Below are positions 38,486-47,620 of a stretch of DNA of 64,000 nucleotides, in pieces. Within the stretch, counting starts at the first letter, position 1. Every line of letters starts with the position of its first letter. The notes under the pieces were generated by a model. It made no database searches, had not been told where the DNA came from, and saw only the letters and a program-made list of their open reading frames with translations. The stretch is from an uncultured virus (IMG/VR IMGVR_UViG_3300047444_000174). Its lineage: Duplodnaviria; Heunggongvirae; Uroviricota; Caudoviricetes. The stretch lies in IMG/VR virus record IMGVR_UViG_3300047444_000174; one strand, given 5' to 3'. Made by a program: the position numbers and the translations under genes.

Positions 38486-39661
38486 TCACGCAGCCGCCTC
38501 AAACATCTCCGGACATACAATCGTCCGCGCGACTTGCCCATATCGTTCGTGGTAAGTCACCAATGCCGCGGCACGCTCCGAGATCCACCCACCGCGCGCC
38601 GAATGTGCATCTCGAGCGGCGAGCGTCGGGTGCTGCGTGACCGTCATGCCAGCGTACTCTTTCTCGTCCACATGATGACGGTGGCCGCAATGTGCGTATC
38701 GCTTGACGGTGTTTCCCCACACTTTCGGGAACTGGGCCGCGAACAGCATGGGCAATTGTTCGTTGGTCACTTTGTGACCGTGGTGGAACGCCAGCATCAC
38801 TTCGCCGTGCTGGTGGACGTAGAACGGAAGTTCCGAATCGTTCACCGTCAGGCGGGGTTCGTTTTCATGCAGCGCGGCGAACATGTGGCGAAGCCAGAGC
38901 GAACCTGACTCATCGTGATTACCCTCGCAAATGATCAGATGCACTGTCTGGTGCTTTGCCAGCGCGTGACTGATCAGACGGCGAAGCACGCGAATTGCTG
39001 CGGCGACGATCTTTGAAAACCGCCCATCGGTGTCCAGGACGTTCTTGTGCGCGGGCGTAAGGGGCAAAAGCCCATCGCTATGCAGAAAGTCGCCTTGAAT
39101 CGTCAGGACGCACGTGGCAGCTTTCGGTGCGGATTCGACCATGTGGACGAAGCTGGCGAGTAGCAGGCCTTCTGCGATCTTCAAATCCCAGTCGGCGCCA
39201 CCCTCACGATGCCACGACAATTGACCGACGTGGTAATCCGTGAAAACGATCAGGTTGCACAGCGCCGCATCGACCTTGGTCGGCGCCGGAGCAGGCTTCA
39301 CCCGCGGCAACGTCTCCGCCATCGCGGCACACGCCTCGCGGAAGATTGCCTCTTGACGATCCTTGTCGGCGCTAGCCTTCACCCATTGCGCAGTCGGTTT
39401 GCCATCGGCGTTGTAGTACGTCGAGACGCCATGCGCAACGAAACCATCTGGCACCGGGTGCACGAAATCGTGATCGGGCGCATACCCCATCTTCGCCGCC
39501 CGCTTTTCCAGACTGTCCAGCGCGCGAATCAGCACACTGTGGTGGATGCCTAGCGCCTTGGCTGCGTGCGTGGGCTTGCCGTGCTTCTCTACGGCTTCGA
39601 GGAAAGAGATTTCCCGGGCATCGGCAAATTCTCGCAATCGCGGGTCAAATTGACGTGCCAC
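38486..39661 (-). CDS. HTH plus calcineurin-like metallophosphoesterase
   Basis: DYH, GD.LH.D, GNHD, HHGH and GH.HH motifs; N-terminal HTH. Confidence 0.82.
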   Translation of the reverse strand: MARQFDPRLREFADAREISFLEAVEKHGKPTHAAKALGIHHSVLIRALDSLEKRAAKMGYAPDHDFVHPVPDGFVAHGVSTYYNADGKPTAQWVKASADKDRQEAIFREACAAMAETLPRVKPAPAPTKVDAALCNLIVFTDYHVGQLSWHREGGADWDLKIAEGLLLASFVHMVESAPKAATCVLTIQGDFLHSDGLLPLTPAHKNVLDTDGRFSKIVAAAIRVLRRLISHALAKHQTVHLIICEGNHDESGSLWLRHMFAALHENEPRLTVNDSELPFYVHQHGEVMLAFHHGHKVTNEQLPMLFAAQFPKVWGNTVKRYAHCGHRHHVDEKEYAGMTVTQHPTLAARDAHSARGGWISERAAALVTYHERYGQVARTIVCPEMFEAAA

Positions 39662-39671
39662 AGCTTCCCCT

Positions 39672-39884
39672 TTACGAATTTAGATATGCGGCGAATTCCC
39701 CGCACCAATGATCGGCCTCGACAATCGGATGCGTTACAGCCGTGCAACCACTTGATGGGTCGTACACGAACTGAGGCGGGTATCTGCGGCACTGGATTTC
39801 TTCGTCGCGCTTTACCGATGCGTGGCGGCAGTTCTTGCAAATCTCGGTGCGCTCGACAGGTTCGGCTTTCTTTCGCGATGCCAT
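39672..39884 (-). CDS. Small Cys-rich phage protein
   Basis: C.NC...CRRYPP...WCGEF. Confidence 0.7.
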   Translation of the reverse strand: MASRKKAEPVERTEICKNCRHASVKRDEEIQCRRYPPQFVYDPSSGCTAVTHPIVEADHWCGEFAAYLNS

Positions 39885-40024
39885 CGGCGCACCAAATAAA
39901 AAGAGCCGCGCTAGGCGGCATCTAAACTTGACGAAGGGCCAAGTAGGGGAAGGCGAGAGCTACAGCGTTCGGCCCGCATGGCGCAGTGGCAGTCTATCGA
40001 CTCGCGCGGCCTTTTCGGTTCACC

Positions 40025-40224
40025 CTCATGATTGCCGATTGCGTGATGCCGGTGCATCTCGCCGGCCCCGGAATTTTGGCCTTTTACCGTAGCGATGCAA
40101 TCAGCAAACATGAAAGCAGTCCGTTGTGCCGTAGAGGTGGACCACGCCCGAGTACTACCGGCGGTTTTCTGTCGCGTGCGGGCTACCGAATCAGCCAATT
40201 AGGCGAATCCTGCCGCACTCGGGC
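40025..40224 (-). ncRNA. Two helix-closed structured RNA domains in the late transcript
   Basis: Stems 40025-42/40097-114 and 40146-55/40215-24; G.U pairs work only on the minus strand. Confidence 0.45.
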
Positions 40225-40743
40225 TACAACGCGAAGGGACACCGCCCATGCTCGCGCCGAGCTTCGAGGCTAGTAATAGGTGCTTCCGCCGCCCGTATAA
40301 CAGCATTCCGAGCCTATCGGCTGACGGCGGAAGCAGTTAGACGGACTCGCAACGATGAACCCAATCGCCCAGCCGAAGCATGCGCCGAGGACAAAGGCCC
40401 CTGCGACAAAGAAATAGGCCATCGCTACCTCAAAATAAGTAATCTTCCGGCTTGCAGCACTGCCGCCCATCTACTAACTCACGTGCGCACCACCAGCAGC
40501 GCGGTGGCCCGGAGTTAATCGTCCACCGCATCGGCACCCTCGTACTGGTCAACCCAGTCTATATAGAAGCGCGACGCTTCCAGATGCCACGTACCGAGCC
40601 AGAGCATTAGCGCCGTATATGGGTTCATTTCGTCAGCGCCCGCAATTGGTCAAGCCTTGCAATCATCGAAGCCCTGAGAGCCGGATCAATGTTACGCATA
40701 CGCTCCAGATCCAACTCCAGGCTGTCGATTAACTCTTGAACGT

Positions 40744-41022
40744 TCATTTCTTTGCTCGCTCTTGCTCCAGATCATACTGATCCATATCGGCAATCGAAAT
40801 AATGAATCCGCCCGGGACAAGAGAATTAGCCGCGATCTTGGCGCCCAGCACGTCACGCGCCCATGCGAGCGCCTTGGTGTTATGTTCCCGGCATGTTCCG
40901 CCCTCGGCGAATTCAAAGCCGTCAACGGTGATTTCAACGCCGCGCGATGTGTGATCAATCGTGATGCGGCCAAACTTCTCCAGATCGGAGTAGTCAGCAT
41001 GGTCGAGGATCATTCCAGACAT
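40744..41022 (-). CDS. Hypothetical protein
   Basis: GAGG RBS before MSGMIL. Confidence 0.6.
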   Translation of the reverse strand: MSGMILDHADYSDLEKFGRITIDHTSRGVEITVDGFEFAEGGTCREHNTKALAWARDVLGAKIAANSLVPGGFIISIADMDQYDLEQERAKK

Positions 41023-41085
41023 TGATACCTCAAAGAATTCTGGCCGGCGAACCGGCAAGAGCCATATTGCATGGCTGCGGGCGGG

Positions 41086-41346
41086 TTACAGCTCACGAAC
41101 GGGCTGCGGCGGGATTGGTACGTCAAACAATGCTTCTGCGGCCTCTCTTGCTGCACTCCAGCACTTCGCTCGTTCGGCTGCCGTCCCTCGCTTTAGCGTC
41201 AGGATTGGGCGTCCAATTGCGGGCGCATTCGCCTCAAGTTCTGAGGCGCGCTTTGCTTCATTCGCCGCTTCTGCCTGCTGCCTCTCCAATAGGAGCATCG
41301 GATCGACACCAAAGGTGCGCGATTCGAATGTGACGGAGCGGGACAT
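41086..41346 (-). CDS. Hypothetical protein
   Basis: MSRSVTFES start just after the late terminator. Confidence 0.55.
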   Translation of the reverse strand: MSRSVTFESRTFGVDPMLLLERQQAEAANEAKRASELEANAPAIGRPILTLKRGTAAERAKCWSAAREAAEALFDVPIPPQPVREL

Positions 41347-41357
41347 GGCGAGGCCGG

Positions 41358-41390
41358 AAATGAAAAAGCCCCGCATCGATAGCAGGGCTT
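41358..41390 (-). terminator. tR'-like terminator downstream of the late promoter
   Basis: AAGCCCTGC-tatcgat-GCGGGGCTT followed by T-run. Confidence 0.7.
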
Positions 41391-41425
41391 GTTTCGGCCA
41401 AGCACAGGAACTCAGCCTTTCCGAA

Positions 41426-41454
41426 ATCATATGGAAACAAGCCCTTTTACTCAA
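41426..41454 (-). promoter_or_regulatory. Late promoter (pR'-like)
   Basis: TTGAGT-17 bp-TATGAT directly after the Q-like gene and before a terminator. Confidence 0.7.
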
Positions 41455-41485
41455 CCACTGTTTTATCAACTATGGAGTTTAGTAT

Positions 41486-41878
41486 TTATAGGCCGGAGAG
41501 CATGCGGTGATACGCGCGGTGAGCATTCGTCCGAAACGTCTTGACCATCTTGTGCATGCCTTGCTCCGTGACTTCGAGCTCATCGGCCAACAACTTCAGC
41601 GGGCGAACGCGGTGCAGGTAGTAGCAGTAGAACGCCAGCTTCGGTCGACCTTCCGGCATTCCCAATAGCGCGAGATTGAAGTAGCTTGCACTCGCGCTCA
41701 ACTCTGCGTCGGGCACTTCACCGCCCGGAAGGTTCTGCAAACGCACCAGAAGATTTTGCGGGACGGGCGGAGCCCATATGCGTCGCGAACGATGCCATGA
41801 CGCCCACTTAAGGCAGAACTCATGGATGCGCTTATCCTCGCTTTGTGCAATGACTTTGCCTTCAGTAACCACGTCCAT
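41486..41878 (-). CDS. Late antiterminator Q-like protein
   Basis: W..W N-terminus, C-terminal HTH, position before promoter plus terminator. Confidence 0.65.
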   Translation of the reverse strand: MDVVTEGKVIAQSEDKRIHEFCLKWASWHRSRRIWAPPVPQNLLVRLQNLPGGEVPDAELSASASYFNLALLGMPEGRPKLAFYCYYLHRVRPLKLLADELEVTEQGMHKMVKTFRTNAHRAYHRMLSGL

Positions 41879-41998
41879 ATGAACCCCGCAACACGATATA
41901 TAGTGAAGACACAAAAAACGACACAACTGGTAGCGGTCATTATACCAAGAAACGCGCAGTACTCCTACTGAAAAGCGTTGTCAATCAGCAAGTTGCGA

Positions 41999-42214
41999 TC
42001 ATTCTTCTAGACCGGTAACGCCATACATGTACATAGGCTCTGGCGGCGATTCCCGCTCCGGCGTGATTACTTCCGGAACCCTATCCCGATTCCTCCTCCG
42101 GCTGAGTGTCGGTGCTTCGTAGCGGGGGCGGTGCAGGATGACTAGAAAGATCAGCAGGCCGAGAGCGAAGATGCCCAAGATAAAGCCGACTAGAAGAACG
42201 CCTAGATTGATCAT
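41999..42214 (-). CDS. Small single-TM protein
   Basis: Hydrophobic N-terminus; coupled ORF. Confidence 0.6.
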   Translation of the reverse strand: MINLGVLLVGFILGIFALGLLIFLVILHRPRYEAPTLSRRRNRDRVPEVITPERESPPEPMYMYGVTGLEE

Positions 42215-42393
42215 GATTGTTCCTTCAGCGCCCGGATAAGGCCGGCGATCTCGTGGCCTTCAATCGTTCCCATGTCGTAACACTCTGCAATGTCTGCGCA
42301 GCGCTCGATGAGGGCTAGATAGTCCTTATGCAGGACATAAAGCCCGCTTTCGCAGGGCATCGATGAAACGCCGTATCTTTGGGGTTTGGTCAT
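42211..42393 (-). CDS. Hypothetical protein
   Basis: ATGA-coupled chain. Confidence 0.6.
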   Translation of the reverse strand: MTKPQRYGVSSMPCESGLYVLHKDYLALIERCADIAECYDMGTIEGHEIAGLIRALKEQS

Positions 42394-42572
42394 GCCGCCT
42401 CCGGCACAGGAATTCCCATCCGCTTTGCCTCCTTAATAACCCATGGCAAACGCCAGCCAGTATTGACCTTGCGCGAAATCTCGATTCGCTTTTCATCCTC
42501 CGTCAGGTAGCCATATCCTTTGCGGGGATAGTCGCCCGATTGGCGCAGGGCATCGTAGTAGCAATCTGTCAT
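42390..42572 (-). CDS. Hypothetical protein
   Basis: ATGA-coupled chain. Confidence 0.6.
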   Translation of the reverse strand: MTDCYYDALRQSGDYPRKGYGYLTEDEKRIEISRKVNTGWRLPWVIKEAKRMGIPVPEAA

Positions 42573-43339
42573 GCTGCCTCCTTGTCATTCATTTGAGAGT
42601 AGGGTGAATGCTGCCGCAGCCACGCTTGGAATTTGTCCATTCCCAGAGGCTTTAAGTCGGTCCACGCTGGCGGCCACACCATCAGCCAATCCTGGAAGTC
42701 CGCATTCACTGTGCGCCCCGAAACTACTTGGCCGCCATGATTGAGGCTTAACCAGGCGAGGTAATCTTCGATCTGGCTGCGATGGTCGCCGCTCTTCGCG
42801 CGCTTCCAGCAGATTCCGTGCGTTCCGACGCTCGCCCTTGGCGTGGGCAAGTATCCAGACTCGTTCTCGACGCTGGGCGGCTCCAATGTGGTTACCTCCC
42901 AGCACTCCCCATCGCGCATCAAGCCCCATCGCGGCCAGGTCACCGAGGACTGTTCCGATGTATCCAGAAACAATGAGGCCTGTGACGTTCTCCAAGAGCA
43001 CGAATCGCGGTCGAACATGGCGAATGACATCTGCCGTTGCGGGCCACATGTTTCGCTCGTCAGCTTCGCCGAGTTGCTTTCCTCCGAGTGAAAACGGCTG
43101 GCAGGGGAAACCTGCTGTAACCACGTCAGCAATTCCTCGGTATTGGTCGGCTGCACCGGACTGTGCGAACTGACGCACGTCAGTGAAGATTGGAGCGGCA
43201 GGCAGGATGCCGTCTCGGATGCGCGCTGCGATGACTCGCTGGCAGTAGTCGTTCCATTCGACATATCCGACAGGTTTCCACCCAAGCAGATGGGTTCCAA
43301 GCAATCCACCTCCAGCCCCGGTAAAGAGTGAAAGCTCAT
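42569..43339 (-). CDS. Putative beta subunit of the C5 methyltransferase, in an alternative frame (start uncertain)
   Basis: Same-strand ORF open along the whole MTase gene; LPTPRAS and VNADFQDWLMVWPPAWT (motif IX-like); its stop couples to the next gene. Confidence 0.7.
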   Translation of the reverse strand: MSFHSLPGLEVDCLEPICLGGNLSDMSNGTTTASESSQRASETASCLPLQSSLTCVSSHSPVQPTNTEELLTWLQQVSPASRFHSEESNSAKLTSETCGPQRQMSFAMFDRDSCSWRTSQASLFLDTSEQSSVTWPRWGLMRDGECWEVTTLEPPSVENESGYLPTPRASVGTHGICWKRAKSGDHRSQIEDYLAWLSLNHGGQVVSGRTVNADFQDWLMVWPPAWTDLKPLGMDKFQAWLRQHSPYSQMNDKEAA

Positions 43340-43343
43340 TCAA
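42585..43343 (-). CDS. DNA (cytosine-5) methyltransferase, catalytic subunit
   Basis: LFTGAGG (I), GFPCQPFS (IV), ENV (VI), QRRERVW (VIII), RLKASGNG (X). Confidence 0.92.
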   Translation of the reverse strand: MNELSLFTGAGGGLLGTHLLGWKPVGYVEWNDYCQRVIAARIRDGILPAAPIFTDVRQFAQSGAADQYRGIADVVTAGFPCQPFSLGGKQLGEADERNMWPATADVIRHVRPRFVLLENVTGLIVSGYIGTVLGDLAAMGLDARWGVLGGNHIGAAQRRERVWILAHAKGERRNARNLLEAREERRPSQPDRRLPRLVKPQSWRPSSFGAHSECGLPGLADGVAASVDRLKASGNGQIPSVAAAAFTLLSNE

Positions 43344-43945
43344 GCCGCCTCCCGTTTCATTTCAATCCGACGCTCCAACCTGCGAGCCTTTTTGTTCATG
43401 ACTTTCTTGATCCGCTGCAAGTACTCGACGGACCACTTAGCCGTCCACTGCATTGACTCGATTTCCTCGACGCGCTCTATCGTGATTCTCTGTACCAGTC
43501 CTTTCCGGTATTCAACCGTGTTCGATCCCAAGTCGCGGTTGCACCTCTTGCATTGCAGGTGGATGTTCGGCAGGTAGTAGCGCAAATGTGGCGCACTGCC
43601 TACTGATCGGTAGTGGCCGGCATCGACCGATCCTCCGAATCTCCAATCCGGGTTTGCTCCGCACGAGATGCACCCATGCCCCGCCAGAATGTCCCGTAGC
43701 CTCGCCACTTTGTTGACGACTGCCTGCGCTTCAGCGATCCACTCCCGGCGCGTCTTGAGCTTGGCTTTCCGCTCTGCGAGAGATTTCCGCTCAACACGAT
43801 TGGCTCGGGCGGCTTTCTGGGCGGCGACCTTGGCGGACCAATCGGCCGCACATTTGGGCCCGCATACCTTCTGCATTGAACGCTGCGGGGTGAAGACCGT
43901 TTTGCATGCCGCACAGCGTTTGGGATTCAAACTGGCTCGGATCAT
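43340..43945 (-). CDS. ninG: NinG/Rap-family endonuclease
   Basis: C..C...VC...C N-terminus; CISCG, DAGHYRS.G, NIH.QC..CN. Confidence 0.88.
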   Translation of the reverse strand: MIRASLNPKRCAACKTVFTPQRSMQKVCGPKCAADWSAKVAAQKAARANRVERKSLAERKAKLKTRREWIAEAQAVVNKVARLRDILAGHGCISCGANPDWRFGGSVDAGHYRSVGSAPHLRYYLPNIHLQCKRCNRDLGSNTVEYRKGLVQRITIERVEEIESMQWTAKWSVEYLQRIKKVMNKKARRLERRIEMKREAA

Positions 43946-44355
43946 TCGAAGCAAACTCCCAGCGCGTCTCCCGCATAGCTCTGCACGGCATCCAGGTACT
44001 CGCTGAATTCCCCCACGCTCATCTGCGTCGTCGACTTCCGGCGCGCGATGATCTCGCCATCGGGCAGCGTCAGTTCGTCCAGAATCCCGTACTTGCGCGC
44101 GAAGTACTCGTGCCAGGTGTCTTTGTCGTATTGCTTGCCATCCACCCAAGCCTGTTCGCTGACTTGTTTGAGAACGGCCCCGAAGTAGAAGCGGTTCTGA
44201 GCGGCATTCCGTTGCTTTTCCTCAGCCGTCACAATCAACCGCAACGGCTCACCCTTGTCGGCAAAGACGGGCGCGTTGGCCTTGATGAAGGCGACGACGG
44301 CATTCCAGACGCCGCCGTTCTTGAGTGTGAACTCACGGTATAGGGCGGCGGTCAT
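43942..44355 (-). CDS. ninB: NinB/Orf-family recombination protein
   Basis: RN..QN..Y, STT.MSV.EFSEY. Confidence 0.8.
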   Translation of the reverse strand: MTAALYREFTLKNGGVWNAVVAFIKANAPVFADKGEPLRLIVTAEEKQRNAAQNRFYFGAVLKQVSEQAWVDGKQYDKDTWHEYFARKYGILDELTLPDGEIIARRKSTTQMSVGEFSEYLDAVQSYAGDALGVCFE

Positions 44356-44882
44356 GCGGCCTCCGCATTGCTCTCAGCTATCTGCCGGGCGTCGGTCTCG
44401 CGCGCATCGTGCTCCGCCATCGCGTTGCTGTCAGCGATGGTGTAATGCCGAGGATCTTTCGCGGCGTGCAGCGCTTTCAGCCGGGCAACGTGTGGCGTGA
44501 GCGCCTCCAGCATCTCCAGATAGCCCCCAGCCACCATGCGATCGTCATTCAGCTTTCCAGCGGCCTCCGCGTCGACTAGGATGGCGAGGCAGGCGAGAGC
44601 ATGGGCAAAGTGGGGCAGCCCGCTATCGGCGTCGTTGTCTTGTCCCTCGAACCACTTATCCAGATGGCGTTTGGCGGCGTCCACATAGATCGATGCGCGC
44701 ACGCCAGCTACGCGCCAGTTAGAGCGCCCATACTTGAGCATGCCGTCGAGCAGGCCCAGCGAGCCAAGCGCTGAGGCTGTCGCGGGCCAGAGGTGGAGCG
44801 GCAACTTGCCCGAGCCGATAGCGTCCTTGGGGTTCGTATTTTTGAGTTGACTATCATCGACTTTTTGCCAGTGCTCTCTCAC
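44352..44882 (-). CDS. dATP/dGTP diphosphohydrolase-domain protein (DUF5664-like)
   Basis: NPKD..G..K.PL.L, G..KYG..NW, RH...W..G.D.D.DSGLPH.AHA. Confidence 0.8.
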   Translation of the reverse strand: MREHWQKVDDSQLKNTNPKDAIGSGKLPLHLWPATASALGSLGLLDGMLKYGRSNWRVAGVRASIYVDAAKRHLDKWFEGQDNDADSGLPHFAHALACLAILVDAEAAGKLNDDRMVAGGYLEMLEALTPHVARLKALHAAKDPRHYTIADSNAMAEHDARETDARQIAESNAEAA

Positions 44883-45073
44883 GCGACCTCCTTCTTGCCC
44901 AAATATTCCCGAGTAGCTTCCTGCTCCAACTCCTCGACGCGGTTGCTCAGTTCGGAGATCAGTTTGATTGCAACTCCGTCTTTGAACCCCTTTGCGCTGG
45001 CTTCCTCGATCTGCTGCGAGAGTTGTCGCACGCGTACTACAAGCTCGGATGCAGTGGTCGATGTGTAGGTCAT
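44879..45073 (-). CDS. Hypothetical coiled-coil protein
   Basis: Coupled ORF. Confidence 0.6.
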   Translation of the reverse strand: MTYTSTTASELVVRVRQLSQQIEEASAKGFKDGVAIKLISELSNRVEELEQEATREYLGKKEVA

Positions 45074-45402
45074 GCGGCCTCCATCTGAACGAGGTCTGCT
45101 GCGTTGTAGACTGCAAGGCCAAGCTTTTGGGCGGTCAGATGTTCGATCTGCGCACCAAAGGACTTCTCCCAGCCAGGAAGCAGCGCGATCGCGTCACACT
45201 TTTCGACGTGTCGAAGATCGGCGATGATGCAGTCGATCCAGCGGGCTTCGGGATCGCCATTGATATCCACTGGGTTCACAACGTCCCATCCGAGTCCGCG
45301 GAGTTGTGCGGCTACGCGATTGAACAGTGGGAAATTCAAATCCGGCATCCCGCTCATCGCGCCCGACAGGTAGATCCGGCTAGGCTTATTCAGCATCGTC
45401 AT
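45070..45402 (-). CDS. DUF4406 family (nucleoside deoxyribosyltransferase-like fold)
   Basis: IYLSG.MSG.PD.N.P.F, VVNP, CD.I..LPGWE.S.GA..E. Confidence 0.82.
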   Translation of the reverse strand: MTMLNKPSRIYLSGAMSGMPDLNFPLFNRVAAQLRGLGWDVVNPVDINGDPEARWIDCIIADLRHVEKCDAIALLPGWEKSFGAQIEHLTAQKLGLAVYNAADLVQMEAA

Positions 45403-45570
45403 GTTTAACCTCTTCCTTCTCCGTGGTGTGGGCGAGAGCACGACGCTGTGCGTCCTGCAGGATGCGAGCGAACTTATCGACTGAGCAGAACACGCCGTTC
45501 GCGGACATGATGTCGATCATTTCGCGGTGGCTGAGTCCGATGACTAATTGGTTGGGGGCGGGTAGGGTGG

Positions 45571-45885
45571 TCATGCCGTCACCTCCAGATCGTCAGTTAC
45601 TTTGTCGTTGAGAGAGATGCCGCTTACGGGCCGTAGGTGGACGTCCGCCGTTGGAGTCTCGTATGCGTGGTACAACACTCCGTAGCTGGTCCTCCACGGG
45701 AGCGGCGTGTCGCTTCTAACTCTCCAAGAAGGTCGAGTTCCTTGAAACACAAGTGTTACGCCTTCGATGGTGTCGAAGACCTCGCTATTTACGGCAGGTC
45801 GACAGATTTCAACGATCCGGCCGATACCTTCTGGCGTGCAGTTCGCAGCTACGACAATCGCCAAATCACCCGGTTTGCAGTTCAT
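45571..45885 (-). CDS. Hypothetical protein
   Basis: MNCKPGDLAIVV...D..LRP pattern; coupled ORF. Confidence 0.65.
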   Translation of the reverse strand: MNCKPGDLAIVVAANCTPEGIGRIVEICRPAVNSEVFDTIEGVTLVFQGTRPSWRVRSDTPLPWRTSYGVLYHAYETPTADVHLRPVSGISLNDKVTDDLEVTA

Positions 45886-46060
45886 TTTTCTACCTCCCGA
45901 TACCTGTCGTACGGCATAATTTCCAACCCAAAGCTCCCGATCCACCGTCCGTCTTCCCACTTCAGAACCTCCGGCTCTGTCAGCGGCTCGCCGTCAGGGA
46001 ACAGGCACTGGACTTCGTATAGCCCGTCGCGCTCTGGCGGCGTTGCGCAGGTTTTCCAGG

Positions 46061-46549
46061 TCATGCGGCCTCCAATTCGGGCTCATCCCACAGATGCCGG
46101 TAGACGCGCCCGGAACCTCCGGGAGGGGCTTTGATCGTTCCTGCTGCAGCACCGAATGGGCTGGCGCGAAGAACTTGCTCAGCCAGCCTGTCGCAACTCG
46201 ACCAGACCTTCGTCGCGCCCCGTCCATCGCGCCGCTCTTTTAGATAGACCTTTCCCGCAATGCGCAACCTCTGCAAAACTTCGCTCGCGGTGCATTCGGC
46301 AATGCCCAGCGCCTTAGCAATGTCCGCACGGCACATATCGCGTTTGTCCAGAAGCTTCATCGCGCGCTGCTGCGCGACCGGTGGTCGGCCAGGGTATTCA
46401 TGCGCTTTGCCGTATCCGCGTTTGTAGGCCTGTTTGCGCAGCGACTCGACGGTTCGCCCCGGAAACTCGGGCAGATGCTTGGCAAATACTCCAGGCTGAT
46501 TGCAAACCTCTTTGAGCCGCGCCAGTTCTTTGTTGGTCCAGTACTTCAT
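46061..46549 (-). CDS. HTH-containing protein
   Basis: WT..E...L, PGRT..S; RADIAKALGI HTH. Confidence 0.65.
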   Translation of the reverse strand: MKYWTNKELARLKEVCNQPGVFAKHLPEFPGRTVESLRKQAYKRGYGKAHEYPGRPPVAQQRAMKLLDKRDMCRADIAKALGIAECTASEVLQRLRIAGKVYLKERRDGRGATKVWSSCDRLAEQVLRASPFGAAAGTIKAPPGGSGRVYRHLWDEPELEAA

Positions 46550-47022
46550 GCTGCCTCCCGATGCTTCCAGTACTCGCGCTCGACAATCTTCGTAGCGGCA
46601 TCGACTTCGCCAATCGTCGCCATGCGGAGCTGTTGTCCCCACAGTGCGATCGCTTCTTCGACGGCTGCCTGGTCAGTTTCCGAAGCGAATTGCAGCTTGC
46701 CGGTTGACTCGTAGCCGGGGATCATGCGGCGCATCGCTTCGTGTGCCGCGTTGAATGTGTCGAGCGCTTCGGCCCCGAGCCCCCCCTTTGCGAAAAGCCA
46801 CGCCTGATTCAAGCAGTTAGCGAGTGTGTCCCACTGGCTTTTCTGGCCGTAGCCGCGCGTCACAGCATCGAGCGACGTCAGCGCCGCCATTTCGAATTCG
46901 CCCGCAAACACCTCATTGACGTCTTGGCGCAGCACCTTGAAACGCTCGAGCGCGATCATGCAGGAGTTCGGGTTGACCATGCGCGGGCGGTAGGCCTTGC
47001 GCGGTTTTTGACTGCGGCTCAT
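46546..47022 (-). CDS. Conserved phage hypothetical protein
   Basis: MSRSQKPRKAYRPR start after GGAGG. Confidence 0.65.
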   Translation of the reverse strand: MSRSQKPRKAYRPRMVNPNSCMIALERFKVLRQDVNEVFAGEFEMAALTSLDAVTRGYGQKSQWDTLANCLNQAWLFAKGGLGAEALDTFNAAHEAMRRMIPGYESTGKLQFASETDQAAVEEAIALWGQQLRMATIGEVDAATKIVEREYWKHREAA

Positions 47023-47331
47023 GCGGCCTCCAGCATCGGTTGTTTGGTGAGACGTTGTCGGGCTGCCTCTTGCATGCCGCGCAGCGTTTCCATTGCGCGA
47101 AAGATTGGGGGGGGTGCCGCCGTCTTCAGGGTTAGCCAGACGCCAGAGCGAATCAGAGCGGGATTTGCCCTGCTCGGCCAGAACCACCTGGTATCGTCCA
47201 AGCATCAAAAGCAGGGTCTGGCCGATACTCGTGTCAGTGACGTCGAGTTCTCCGGCGATCTGCCAGCCGTAAGCCCCGTTCGGACTTGCGCGAAGTATTT
47301 CGAGAACGAGTGGAATTTTTGGTGCAGTCAT
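47019..47331 (-). pseudogene. Small winged-helix gene with apparent +1 frameshift in a C8 run
   Basis: Removing one base from the 47107-47114 run joins MTAPK...GGTPP to IFRAMETL...MLEAA*. Confidence 0.5.
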
Positions 47332-47335
47332 CGAT

Positions 47336-47620
47336 TTAATCCCCCATCAAGATCGCGATAGCCTGTTCCGCCGATTCCACGACGTGAGCCTCGCCTTTCC
47401 ATGTTCCAAACCAGATCGCCTCGTCGTCAGTCAACCTCCGGGCGCTTGGTGGCTTGGTGCCGTCTTTCAACTCGAACAGATAATTCTTTGCGCGCCAGCC
47501 AACGACCAGATCCACAAACCCATTTCCGATTTGGTGTGTCGGAGTGACGCTCGCTCCAATCTTGCGAAGCGCTGCCACGATTTCCGATTGGTTCGCATCG
47601 ACTTTTGCAATCCGCCTCAC
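47336..47620 (-). CDS. PD-(D/E)XK nuclease (VRR-NUC/resolvase-like)
   Basis: KVDANQ, G.VDLVVG, FELKDG. Confidence 0.8.
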   Translation of the reverse strand: MRRIAKVDANQSEIVAALRKIGASVTPTHQIGNGFVDLVVGWRAKNYLFELKDGTKPPSARRLTDDEAIWFGTWKGEAHVVESAEQAIAILMGD

